A DNA stretch of 64,000 nt from Eledone cirrhosa. Taxonomy: Eukaryota. This document shows, piece by piece, positions 1 to 61,097 of this stretch. Made by a program: the position numbers and the translations under genes. The stretch's first letter is position 1. Each line of letters opens with the position of its first letter. Location: the NCBI GenBank assembly GCA_964016885.1, contig OZ024756.1, forward strand, positions 28,830,001-28,894,000. The letters are read 5' to 3'. The notes below the pieces were generated by a model. The model was not told the origin of the DNA, searched no databases, and saw only the letters and a list, made by a program, of their open reading frames with translations.

Positions 1-202
1 AAAACAAGATTTGTCAGCTTCCAAAACTGCAAGTAAAAATTATTTTATTTGATAGAATAAGGCGCATAACTTAGAAAAAACAAGGTTCACATATTAGGCT
101 TACCTTAGTATGCTAATATACTACATACACCAGGTACCGCTCTGAACTATGCAGCATACTATAGATCGTCATCTTAATTCATTTCTGTGCTGTCTAACTG
201 TT

Positions 203-368
<166 letters not shown>

Positions 369-379
369 ATACCTATCTC

Positions 380-468
<89 letters not shown>

Positions 469-590
469 ATCTATCTATCTATATATATTCCATCTGTGAT
501 AACATTTTACACGTTTTTATTGTATGTAAACTCCCCCCTTTGTATTTGTCCCCTTCTTTTGTGCCCCTGTGGCTAATAAAGAAATATATC

Positions 591-644
<54 letters not shown>

Positions 645-974
645 CCAAAGAGATTGTTTTGGTAAAAACAGGAGTAAGCAGGAGAAAGCTCTCAACATTC
701 GTAGTTTTTAGTTACGATTGAGATTTTATAAAAATAGCAAAAATAATAATGCTGATGCTACATAAATCGTTTAATCCTTATAATTATTTCCATGGTTCTT
801 CATGCTATCGAGAAGTCCTTCATGCATTTATTGTTGTTATGAGAACGGTATCCTCAGATGAAATCTGATTTAGTGATATGCTGCCGTAGGAAAAAAACAC
901 ACGTCCTTCTGCTTGTGTGCCCAGCAGACATAAACGATTTATGTAACATCAGCATTATTATTTTTGTTTTGTAT

Positions 975-1049
<75 letters not shown>

Positions 1050-1123
1050 CGAAACCATAGTGATTTCCAGAGGTTGACTCAGGAGATTTGACTGACCGAA
1101 CCTCTGGAAATCACTACGGTTTC

Positions 1124-1225
<102 letters not shown>

Positions 1226-1269
1226 GTAAATATATCTACTCTTAGTCCGTTTCTCGATGATTGTTTCAG

Positions 1270-45261
<43,992 letters not shown>

Positions 45262-45264
45262 AGC

Positions 45265-45400
45265 AATAAATCAAGAAACCAATAAACCAATAATCAACTT
45301 CATCTCCATTAAAGAAAAAACAAAACAAAACAAACAAAAGTAATAACAATAACAACAACAACAACAACGAATAAATAAAGTTTAAAACATAATAAATAAC
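45265..45400 (+). terminator. Candidate polyadenylation signals of the LOX gene
   Basis: AATAAA at 45265, 45281 and near 45370 and 45391; the site actually used is unknown. Confidence 0.45.
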
Positions 45401-46730
45401 AGAGGTTATAATATAAAAAAATAGTTAAAATATAAACATCCCAGCATTAATGCAAATGGTGCTCCAGCATGACCATTGCCGATAGGCTGGGACAGTTAAA
45501 AAGAGTAAAAAAGTAAAAAAAGATTTGTATGTTATGTTCTCGTAACTCCCAAGGGAGTCGTAGCGGTGCTGCTTCGGATCCAACATTTCTAGGGCATCTT
45601 TTTAAAACCTGGCAGAGCCCATCTTCTCTCCAGGTTTAAATACATGAGATTTCTTTCAGTGGATGATAGAGAGATTGAGAGAATTGAAGTGAGAAAGAGA
45701 TATAGAGGAAGAATCAACCCCAGTACGAGACTGGTATTTTCTAATCAACATCGAATCGATGAAATGCAAAGTGACTGCTACACTATTCCGTAATGTTTCA
45801 CTTTGACAAAGAAAAAATACACACATAAAAAAAACAACAAACAAACAAACTAAGCGAAACAAAACAAAATCTTTGATGAGGACAGAATAAGACAGAAACC
45901 TCTGAAGTTGTCTTCAATTAGAAAGTAAAAGAGATTTACTTTTACAACATTCCTTTCCTTAAAGCTTAACTTTGATATTTTAAAAACTCTCTAGAACAAA
46001 AAAAGATACACGCAGATAAAAATAAAATAAAAAAATAAAATCACTGATGAGATCAGAATAAAAGCGAAACATTTCTGAAGTTGTCTTTCTTATTTGCAGA
46101 AAAATGACAAAAAAACGACAAAAATTAATTTCATCATGGATTAATATTACTTCGTTTTATTTACCTTTGTTTCATTACATAATTATTTATAGTAAGAATT
46201 ATTTCATCAATACTCCTTACATTAAACTTAGGGAGTGGCAGGATACGATATTTTATATACATATACACCCACTACTCTTCTAAACATTCTTCTAACCATA
46301 TCTGTATGCTCTCTTCCGGTTAAATAGGGTCGGTGGCCCCCATTTCTCTTCCAACGTTATATATATATATCATCATAATCATCGTTTAACGTCCATCTTC
46401 CACGTTAGCTTGGGTTAGATGGTTTTGTTGCATTTGATGTGGTAATGGTCGGGAGACCGTGTCTCGCTCGTACGGAAGTGTCTCTGGCAGGTTTTTTTAC
46501 AACTGGATGCCGTTCCTAACACCAACCACATTTACAGTGTGGACTGGAAGCCTTTTTACTGTTCTCCTACACGACCACATTACAGTGCGGACTGTTGTGT
46601 CATCGACACCGTGGACGGAACGGGAAATGGAGGGTGGGGTAGGGGGTGTGGAATTGGATGTACATTGGGTAAGAGGTGCCTACAGACTGTACGTTTGTAT
46701 GAAATGGCAGTCGGACCTCCTGTATGTATG

Positions 46731-46794
<64 letters not shown>

Positions 46795-47019
46795 AAAGGT
46801 AAACAGAAATAACAACACAATCGGTACAGTATATGGAAGGTATATATTAGGTTAACGCTTGATATTCGGACGCTAGTCCTTCATCAGAAGAAAGAATGAG
46901 AAATAAAATAGATTGAGAGGACGGGCGGGATGGAATTGGAAAAAATGTCTTTAAATAAAAATAACAGGTCTATTAATGTTGACATCTCTTGCAATATATA
47001 TATATTCCGACAGAAATAC

Positions 47020-47106
<87 letters not shown>

Positions 47107-47197
47107 TAAAATAACAGATTAAAGTTTGAGCAAAGAATCACTGCTTTCATCCGTAACGGGATCTTCTGAAACTAACAAAGTCAATCTGTAAATATAC

Positions 47198-47343
<146 letters not shown>

Positions 47344-47987
47344 CGTAAAATAAGAAAATTATAAAATTAACTTACTTACTAAAATTTCACTCGCAACTAA
47401 TTAGTTTCTGAAAGGGAATAAACATACTTTCCGAAGAAGTGTACAGAGAAGACTTTCGTCATCAGGGAAGTCTATTCTCAGCTAAGTTTCCAGGCAATAC
47501 GTGGACACTGGGAACTTATACAAAAATAATTCAGTGGATGGAAAAAAGCAAAGCGTGGACTAAATTCCTAGCCATTGAGAAAATCATTGCCTACTGCGTC
47601 GGTGGCAAATTCAAAAGAATCAATCACGTGACATCGAGGTCAATCAGTGGAAATCTTTATATATATATATAAATAAAAGAATAGAGGTGTAACACACGGG
47701 TTCTGATATATTAGTAAAAGGAAAAGAAAATGCTGACACATTTTTCCCAGTGAAAAATAGTTTAATTAGGAATAAGTAAAAATTAGTAATAAGTATTGGT
47801 TAGTATTCAGTTTTAGTTTTAAGTTTTTACCGGTTGCGCATTTCTAATGCATTAGAAATGCATTAGAAATGCGCAACCGGTAAAAATACTTATTACTAAT
47901 TTTTACTTATTCCTAATTAAACTATTTTTCACTGAGAAAAATGTGTCAGCATTTTCTTTTCCTTTTACTAATATATATATATATATT

Positions 47988-48053
<66 letters not shown>

Positions 48054-48179
48054 GATAAATCTACCAAAATGTACGGTAGTGTCCAATCCGTATGGAGAAC
48101 TCAATGTAATCCAAATATCATGAAAAGAGAAGATGTATTCAAAATTTTTTCGATGAAAAACACAGGAAAACAGAGTCAA

Positions 48180-48222
<43 letters not shown>

Positions 48223-48395
48223 AATAGGAACGGGTAGGACCCCGACGGCTGAGCTCAAGCCGTCGAAACGGCTTGAGCTCAGCCATCGGGGTTCTACTCG
48301 TTCCTATTACCCACTCTACTACCCTAAATATTGAGTACTTTGGTACGTTATGGTCCATCTGGTTCCTTACCACATTTCCTTCGTTATATATATGC

Positions 48396-48511
<116 letters not shown>

Positions 48512-48634
48512 CACACCAATTTATAAGGATTCAGTTATATATTCACATCATATTAGTGATTAAAATGTAATACAGACGATTACAAAACCGTGGTTTCAAT
48601 TCCTGGACAGGGTGGTGCATCGCATCCTTCAGAA

Positions 48635-50405
<1,771 letters not shown>

Positions 50406-50450
50406 TTTTGAAATGTTCCAAAAAGCGTGGCGGGACCAATTTTCTTTAAC

Positions 50451-50496
<46 letters not shown>

Positions 50497-51103
50497 GAAT
50501 GCCATGGTTGACGGAGGCTCGGCTCTGTAAGGTATTGTAAATTTTGACCGCTATAACAATTGTAAATTGTTTAAAACTTTAACCAAATTGTAGACAAAAA
50601 CACCCTCCTCCTCGTGAGAGGGGTCTTTCTGCCCGTTATTTGGCCCTTCGGGGTTAAATAACCGCTTATTGGGGTTTTGTGCCCAATATTTATTTTAAAC
50701 AAAAAAAAACCATGGCCACGAAAAAGAATTTTCATAGGTCACTCCCACTCATTCCGTCTTCTTCTTCCTCAATCGTCACTACAGCAGAGAGAATATTGTC
50801 TCTCTCCCTCCCTTCTCTAAATGTGTCTCTCTCCCTCCCTTCTCTTTCGCAAGCGACGCCAGTCAAGAAAAATCACGTGAAAATCATGGAACATTTCTCC
50901 ACGACGACGACAATGACGAAAAAGGTGTGCGGTAAATATGAAAACCCATTTCATTCGTCTGACCTCATGAATAATAGCAGTAGCAGCCGTAATAACAGCA
51001 GCAGCAGCAACAGTGACAAGGAAAACAACAGTAGCAGCCGAAACAGCAACAGCAACAGCATAAACAACAACAGCATTAGCAGCAACAGCAACAACAGCAA
51101 CAA

Positions 51104-51142
<39 letters not shown>

Positions 51143-52371
51143 CAACCACAGCAACAGCGGCGGCGGCAGTAGTCGTAGTACCTGCAGCAACAACAAAAGT
51201 AACAGCAGCTCTGACGACAACAACAACAACAACAACAACAGCAGCAAAGAAAAACCAATCTCGTTTGCAGGTATCGCAAAGAACCTGGAAACCATCCTCA
51301 TAACAAATGAGGAATTACAGGAAGCGAAGAAGATGGTGACGAAAACCGGACACCGAGCAATCTGCAAGGCAGCCGAAAAATTTTTCGAAACCCAACAGCA
51401 CTGTACGGTCACGTACCGTACAGTAAGCACAAAATCCCGTAGGGTTGAAAGAGCAACAGAGGTTCAAATACAAAAAGCCTTAGGGTCTGTGTGGCAGCGG
51501 AAAACGCATATCACCCGAGGCAAGAAATATGCCACCGTAGACGTGCTTTTTGCCACACCCCAGGGGGCAAAGGCTCAATCCTTAGTGACCCTAAGGAGCG
51601 AGGAAATGCTGTTGGTGCCCTCCTACTGCGGGCAAAAAATTGTGAGGGTCAAACTGACCCACGTCCCCCCCCCCGGGATGGCCCCTTCTTGACTGGCCGC
51701 GTCTGTCCTCGTCGGAATCGAGGATAAAACAACTGTACTGCAAGTACAGAAAAAAGTAAGAGAAGATTGGGTCGGCACCTCCATTGAGATGTTAATCCAA
51801 ACCAACCAGGAGTGCATCGAAGCTATCCCGGATGTGATAGACTTCGATAACGGCACTCAACTGCCCATAAGTGTTGAGGGCAAACGCCCGAAATGCTTTC
51901 GCTGTGGATCGAAGACTCACCTCAGGGCCTTCTGCAACGAGAAGACCCTGAGAAAGGAGAAAACCCCCCTCCTTCCGAAACACAGCAGTAACACCACCAA
52001 CACCATCACCACCCACACTAGCACCACCATCACCACCACCAGCGACAACCCCACCGCCAACAACAACAACAACACCTTCAACACCACCACCACAAGCACC
52101 AACACCGCAAACACAACAACAAAACACACACACACCCAGCAACAACGACAAGAAAATAACAGAACCACCCCCACCCCCAGTATAAACAAATACACGGCAA
52201 TAAATACACACAACAAGAAACTAATGACTTACATAATTGAACACACAGACATTTCACAGCACGACTACATAATACCAGCACCAATCAAAACGCCAACGAA
52301 CATAAGACTTGTAAAAATAGCACAGAAACAATACACAAACATTAAAACGAAATTCCCCAACGCAGTTGGTG

Positions 52372-52376
<5 letters not shown>
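50497..52376 (+). mobile_element. 5' part of a non-LTR retrotransposon: gag/ORF1-like frame with CCHC zinc knuckle, one in-frame TGA, truncated by (TA)n
   Basis: ORFs 50679-51692 and 51789-52502 share a frame (offset 1110 nt), separated only by TGA at 51690-51692. CFRCGSKTHLRAFC (Cx2Cx4Hx4C) at 51894-51935. S/N- and T-rich low-complexity linkers. Starts right after (ATT)n. Confidence 0.7.
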
Positions 52377-52417
<41 letters not shown>

Positions 52418-52423
52418 CACATA

Positions 52424-52501
<78 letters not shown>

Positions 52502-52614
52502 GTATTAAGGATACTATTTATGGTTATGTATATAATAAAACCTTATATAGTTATATATATTTTAAACCCTAAATAGTGAAAGACAGTAATTCATTACTAT
52601 CTTATTAGATATAT

Positions 52615-52712
<98 letters not shown>

Positions 52713-52726
52713 GTATATATATATAC

Positions 52727-52802
<76 letters not shown>

Positions 52803-53002
52803 ATATATATATATATATATATACAGGAACGATCGACTTTCGTCAAATCGGACCGAGGGAACAATGTTTCCGTTGGTCTTTCCAATTGCTAATACTATCT
52901 ATCGGTCGCAACTCCAGTTGTAACTAATTATACTTAACTCGTCGTATAGTCTAAGTGGTCTTACCCATGGATATTTCTAACAAATTTATACTATAGTACG
53001 TG

Positions 53003-53036
<34 letters not shown>

Positions 53037-53081
53037 TATATATATTTACATGTATACATACATACATACATACATATACAT

Positions 53082-53164
<83 letters not shown>

Positions 53165-53188
53165 GTATATATGCATATATATTTATAT

Positions 53189-53261
<73 letters not shown>

Positions 53262-53262
53262 G

Positions 53263-53297
<35 letters not shown>

Positions 53298-53358
53298 ATA
53301 CATATACATATACACATATACAAATATGCGTGTGCGTTTGTGTGTGCGTGTGTACATT

Positions 53359-53405
<47 letters not shown>

Positions 53406-53408
53406 ATA

Positions 53409-53476
<68 letters not shown>

Positions 53477-53870
53477 CGTGTATACATATGAGAAGAGATA
53501 AAAATCTAATTTTCACCTCTTTCTTGATGAAAGAAGAATCAGACAAAACAAATAAGATCTCATCAAATTCTGTCTTGCATTTCTAACCATTATAAATTAT
53601 GTGCTCTGTTGATCAGCAGTCAGGCAACTCATAGAAATTGTTTACTCAAACTTTAGTTAGTAATACAATACGGATTGCACCTGTAATAAATTGATTCTAG
53701 TTTGGTTCGTTTGTTTGTCTTTGGTTGTTTGTTTCTTTGTTTGTTTTATGCTGATTGGGGTTCTACATTGAGCTTCAAATGTTATTGGTATAACTTTTTT
53801 TTAATAAACATTTACCTTTATATATATATATATTGATTATATATATATATATAATGAATTATTACTCAAC

Positions 53871-53946
<76 letters not shown>

Positions 53947-54432
53947 GTTGATATAATTCATGAGCGGTTTTTTTTTAATTTAAGAATGTGCAGACTAAAA
54001 CACTTAGGCAAAAAAAAAACGCTCATGAATTATTCCTCAACACACTATATATATATATATATATATTGAAACTTTAAATGAGGTATTCTCTTGATAAGCT
54101 GGCAAACCTCACAAGTATACTATATCTCTATGATATAGGATTTTTGCGAAGTAGCCGCGAAACTGTACAGTCGAGAATGTGGAGAAATAATAGGTATTTA
54201 TTTATTTATTTATGTCTAATGTTTCTTCTTTCTTTATAATGTATTATATAGCTCTGATATAGAGTCAATTTAATTCATTCGGATTATTTTGTCCCTCTTA
54301 ATCATAGAGCAACAACGGTTAAGGTTGGCACCACTCAATTTCATATACTTGTGAAAGATATGTGTGTGTATATGCATGCATATGTATGTATTCGCATATA
54401 TATATGTGTATTTCTCATTATTTTCTCATTAT

Positions 54433-54872
<440 letters not shown>

Positions 54873-55105
54873 ACGTATAGATATATATACATATATATAT
54901 ATATAGGGAAATGTATGACCCCGACGGCAGAGCTCAAGCAGTTTCGACGGCTATTTCTGGACTATTTGAGTCCAGAAACAGCCGTCGAAACGGCTTGATC
55001 TCTGCCGTCGGGGTCATACTTTTTCCTATTTTCCACTCTACTACCCTAAGTATTGAGTACTCTGGTGCGTTATGGTCCATCTGGTTCCTTACCACAATTC
55101 CTTTG

Positions 55106-55186
<81 letters not shown>

Positions 55187-55192
55187 TAGTCC

Positions 55193-55229
55193 GAGCTGAA
55201 GATCCGCATAAGGTGAAACAATTGTTCTC
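55193..55229 (+). ncRNA. Minimal hammerhead ribozyme
   Basis: gag-CUGAAGA-uccgcauaaggu-GAAAC-AAUU-GUU^cuc; palindromic loop III; weak stem II. Confidence 0.6.
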
Positions 55230-55372
55230 AGTAAGGTGAACTAACTGTTGTGTTACTACTTCTATATATATATATAAATGAAGTAATTCCGTCGGAAAGG
55301 TCCAGAAAAAAATAGTGCTCTATGTAGGTTACAGAGCTTAATAGTTATATAATAAACAACATAAGGCAATTA

Positions 55373-55433
55373 TTTCATTTACCAGTGGTTTCTTGAAAGC
55401 AAACACATTTTGCTTTCAATCATCAGAATGAAA
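55373..55433 (-). ncRNA. Mirror-image hammerhead in the other arm of the 55276-55711 palindrome
   Basis: Reverse complement of 55554-55614 with a small loop II difference. Confidence 0.85.
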
Positions 55434-55553
55434 AAATCCTGGTGTATTTATTGACATTGAATTTTAAAAACAAAAATATAATCTATATGGATTATAGCAC
55501 ATAGATTATATTTTTGTTTTTAAAATTCAATGTCAATAAATACTCCAGGATTT

Positions 55554-55614
55554 TTTCATTCTGATGATTGAAAGCAAAATTTGTTTGCTTTCAAGAAACC
55601 ACTGGTAAATGAAA
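55554..55614 (+). ncRNA. Type I hammerhead ribozyme
   Basis: uuucauu-CUGAUGA-uugaaagcaaa(auuug)uuugcuuucaa-GAAACC-ACU-GGUA^aaugaaa; 7-bp stem I, 11-bp stem II. Confidence 0.85.
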
Positions 55615-55901
55615 TAATTGCCTTATGTTGTTTATTACATAACTATTAAGCTCTGTAACCTACATAGAGCACTATTTTTTTCTGGACCTTTCCGACGGAA
55701 TTACTTCATTTATATATATATATATATATAGGAACAAGCCCAAGCTGTTTCGACGGCTAATTCTGGTCCAGAATTAGCCGTCGAAACGGCTTGAGCTCAG
55801 CCGTCGGGGTTTTACTTGTTCCTATTACCCACTCTACCACCCTAAGTATTGAGTACTTTGGTGCGTTATGGTCCACCTCGTTCCTTACCACATTTCCTTC
55901 G

Positions 55902-55985
<84 letters not shown>

Positions 55986-55986
55986 G

Positions 55987-56017
<31 letters not shown>

Positions 56018-56251
56018 GTATATATATATGTATATATATATAGTTGGTCGGAGTATCGCTAATGGCTTTCTCTGTTAATGTATTAAGTATATATATATAT
56101 ATATATATAAATATATATATATATAATTTTGGGGGAGGATTTATAAACAAACTATACACTATGTATTGATTACTATCTAACTTATTTCTTCTACGCGCCG
56201 TACCACATGTTTAAACATACACACACACATACACATGTATATGTATATGTA

Positions 56252-56318
<67 letters not shown>

Positions 56319-56693
56319 GTTTATATACACACATATATATATATATATATATGTATGTATATATATATATATATATATATATCATCATATATATATATAT
56401 ATAGATAGATAGATAGATATACATACATATATATGTATACATATGTACATATATATACATACATACATATATATATAAATATATACATACATATATATAC
56501 ATATATATTCAGATACATATACACATATATATATATATATATATAAATATATATACATATATATATATATACATATACATATATATATATATAGACATAC
56601 ATATATATATACATATACATATGTATATATATGTGTATATATATATATACGTATATATACGTATATATATACGTATATATATACGTATATGTA

Positions 56694-56782
<89 letters not shown>

Positions 56783-57086
56783 TTAAAACACCGACTTCGA
56801 AACTGAAAAGCGAAATATATAAAAAAAATATATAAAATAAAATATAAAATAAAAAATAAAAAATGAAACAATCCCAAAGAAAAAGAGAAACGATTGAATA
56901 AACAAATATGAATAAAAGATTCATTTATTTAAATACAAAGAACTCTATTAGGTTGGCTTCCTTGAAAGATTATTGTTGGAATTGGTGATGATTTGAACAC
57001 CACATGTTTGACCTGTACATGTCACAGGCGGGCCATACTCACTCTATTGTGTTTAACCCTTTTGATAGCAAACTACATTAAATCGC

Positions 57087-57127
<41 letters not shown>

Positions 57128-57168
57128 TATATATATATATATATATATATACATACACACACACACAC

Positions 57169-57216
<48 letters not shown>

Positions 57217-57237
57217 ATAAGGGTTGACGAACCTAGC

Positions 57238-57280
<43 letters not shown>

Positions 57281-57324
57281 CAAAATATTAATAAATGAAA
57301 AATATTCTCATAACCAAAATATAT

Positions 57325-57385
57325 ATTTTATTATACATATTTCAAAGGTACAATGGTGTTTCAGTACGTTTTCATCAGATAAAAT
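57325..57385 (-). ncRNA. Minimal type I hammerhead ribozyme
   Basis: auuuuau-CUGAUGA-aaacguac...guaccuuu-GAAAU-AUGU-AUA^auaaaau. Confidence 0.65.
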
Positions 57386-57724
57386 ATATGAGAGATTGGA
57401 CATGCGACACACCGCTGAGCTTCTGATTATTCAACTCCTGTAGTGGCAGTTATTTATTTCACCAACCCTCAACATTTATATACTACAAATAATATGACAA
57501 ACTTAGAGAAGAAGAGGATGTAAAGCAAGGTAGAAATATAGAAGGGGAGTTGAAAGGGAAGATGGAAAGAAAAAAGAAGGGAAATAAAGAAAAGACGAAA
57601 AGGGAAGATGCGGAGAGAAAAGAAGGGAAATAAAGAAAAGAAGAAAAAGAAAGGATAAAATAAAATAAAGGTTCTCTTCTTTATTTCCTTTCTTTTTTCT
57701 TCCCATCTTCCCTTTCAATTCCCC

Positions 57725-57826
<102 letters not shown>

Positions 57827-57904
57827 GAAAACGAAAAATCAATATTCTGCATATCCGCAATTGACAATGCATTTAATGCTGAAACCGGTATTGTAAATAA
57901 ATTA

Positions 57905-58091
57905 ATTGTTTCTACTTTAGGCACAAGGCCAGCAATTACCCAGTGCATTACTGGTACTTTATTTCATCGACCCCGTAAGGATGAAAGGCAAAGTCAACCT
58001 CGGCGGGATTTGAACTCAGATCGTAAAGGGACGTAACTATGCTGGAAAGCATGGCGTCCGACCCTCTACCGATACTGCCAATCCACCGCCC
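57905..58091 (-). mobile_element. tRNA-derived SINE, near full length. Other copies near 8570, 10260, 14980, 16320, 16570, 16692, 25255, 25845, 27183, 37920, 38355, 39738, 61795 and 63875.
   Basis: A-box-like tggcagtatcggtag, B-box gagttcaaatcc, conserved gcctttcatccttacggggtcgataaaataaagtaccag core. Confidence 0.85.
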
Positions 58092-58198
58092 TTATCCACC
58101 GTATTGTAAATAAATTAATGCTTTGAAATTTCACTAAAAATATTCTTCAACATAATCTACTGGAAAAATCTTTTTTTCCTTTCTACTATTTGTTTTTG

Positions 58199-58500
<302 letters not shown>

Positions 58501-58514
58501 TATATATATATAAA

Positions 58515-58876
58515 TGGAAAAAATGAAACGAAATTTCATTTCTCACTCTTAGTACGGCTGTTACTTAAATATAAGTATGTATACGTACATACATATATGT
58601 ATACAGACGTACAGTAGTATGTATATATATACATACATGCACACATATATATATGTACGTATGGATTTACCGAACATTTATTATAATGCTCGGTTTGTTT
58701 GTAAACAAACATCCCGGATTAAACATACGGCTTAATCCGGCATGTTTGTTTACAAACAAACCGAGCATTATAATAAATGTTCGGTAAATCCATACGTACA
58801 TATATATATATGTGTGCATATATATACATACTACTGTACGTCTGTATACATATATGTATGTACGTATACATACTTA

Positions 58877-58885
<9 letters not shown>
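58515..58885. repeat. Palindromic copy of an interspersed repeat also at 35550-35735 and 35910-36145
   Basis: ccgaacatttattataatg.tcggtttgtttgtaaacaaacatccc present in both orientations around a centre near 58725. Confidence 0.7.
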
Positions 58886-58948
<63 letters not shown>

Positions 58949-59054
58949 AAATAAAACAAAATTTTCATGTGTATAATAAAATAATTTCATTTAATATACA
59001 AAATAAATGGTGACACGTTGGGATAAAGTGGGATTTGAGGTAAATAGGATAATT

Positions 59055-59843
59055 CTAGAAGAAAATAAACGTTTTGTTGAATTCCGAATCGAGTTCGTCA
59101 TAAATGAAAAAATCTTCAGTTATAGAAGAGAGTCCCAGTCCATCATGTTCGTTTTCAGCTCGTATAAAATGAGAGTTCCGCAATTTTACCATGTCAACAT
59201 TTTCGTAGTCACCGCACGAATATAATTCCAAATTTTTCGCAAATAAAGGCGAACGTAATTCCGAAGACTGTTCGTTAGAATTTATCTTTTTTCCGTTACG
59301 AAGATAACTTCCAGTGTATCTGTAATATTCATTCGCTTGTTTGGATTTTCTCTCGTCTATATCACCAACGCATGTGTGTATTTCATCTTTCCAAATTATC
59401 GTTGACGGCGGACTTGTATCGCCAGTATCAACTCGATTAAAGTGAGGAGAATTTCGCCATTTTGGAATTTCAGCATTTTCGCAATCACCGCACGAATATG
59501 ATTCAAACTTTTTCGCAATTAACGGTGAAGTTAATTCCGAGGACTCTTCGGTAGACTTCTCGCTATAAGAACAACCCCCGGAGCATTTGTAACGTTTATT
59601 CGGTTTGGATTTTCTCCCAGATGTGAAACCACCGCAGGCGCCCATTTCGTCTTCCCAAGTTAACCTGGTCATCAGACTGTTGTCGCTATTAGTTTTCGAG
59701 ATTCTCATAGCAGGCATGGAATATCTACGTGAAGTTACTTTGTTTTTAGTTGCGCATAAAAACGTTTTGCACGACTCAAAGACAGATTTAAATAACTTGA
59801 CCAAAACGGAGAGATACTGATCATTCTTAATTCTGGCTGACAT
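59055..59843 (-). CDS. Uncharacterised 262-aa protein with a ~90-aa internal duplication (single-exon ORF)
   Basis: Complex-sequence ORF from ATG (aaacATG) to TAG. aa 63-138 align by eye with aa 151-228 (WEDE..C.G...RKSK / WKDE..C.G...RKSK; SSELTSPLIAKKFESYSCGDCEN / SSELRSPLFAKNLELYSCGDYEN). No family recognised. Confidence 0.6.
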   Translation of the reverse strand: MSARIKNDQYLSVLVKLFKSVFESCKTFLCATKNKVTSRRYSMPAMRISKTNSDNSLMTRLTWEDEMGACGGFTSGRKSKPNKRYKCSGGCSYSEKSTEESSELTSPLIAKKFESYSCGDCENAEIPKWRNSPHFNRVDTGDTSPPSTIIWKDEIHTCVGDIDERKSKQANEYYRYTGSYLRNGKKINSNEQSSELRSPLFAKNLELYSCGDYENVDMVKLRNSHFIRAENEHDGLGLSSITEDFFIYDELDSEFNKTFIFF

Positions 59844-60217
59844 GTTTAACTTTCTTTAGTGAATAATTTTAAAGGAATATTTTAGGGTTTTTCGTTTTTT
59901 TTTTCTTTTTTAGTTCGTTTTTTTTTTTTTTTTTGTTACTCAAGTAATATATCTTACTTGTATGTGTGTGTGTTTTTACTTGTGTCTATAGTACTGTACT
60001 TATGTCTATTTTACTTGATTGAGTCTCTTTGTTTTCCAGGCCAATAAACCGGACTTCTTTCCTGCATTCATCTTTTTCTTTCATTCATTCTTGAGGAAGT
60101 TTCCACGGAAGTTTCCACGAAGTTGCTGTTTATTAATGGAGGAAACAAGCGCTTTATTTAGTAAAGAAGAAAAACAAGCAGAACACAGCAAAACAGTTTC
60201 AAATAAGACACATTTTT

Positions 60218-60265
<48 letters not shown>

Positions 60266-60457
60266 AAATTAACAAAGATCGCTGGTATTAAGCCAACGAT
60301 CTCCGGCTAACGTCTAGCTCACTCAATGAATCTATCGAATTACAGTGATGCAGTTGCAATCAGCCGTTCAGAGTGCACACATTTAGTTAATAGCAGATGC
60401 GGTGGCCGTGTTTTGTTAGAGAGAAAGGTATATACATACATACATACATACATACAT

Positions 60458-61097
<640 letters not shown>

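Larger units (their letters stand above)
55276..55711. mobile_element. Near-perfect ~435-bp palindrome in (TA)n, interpreted as inverted Penelope-like pseudo-LTR ends
   Basis: Arms of ~210 bp are reverse complements; each carries a hammerhead; related pieces at 3165-3335, 9845-10015 and 44705-45070. Confidence 0.65.

Noticed and set aside
858-960. Possible additional upstream LOX exon
   Set aside because: No LOX/PLAT-like motif recognised and no convincing donor site.
51660-51700. Programmed frameshift at the poly-C run between the two gag-like ORFs
   Set aside because: Both ORFs are in the same frame; only an in-frame TGA separates them.
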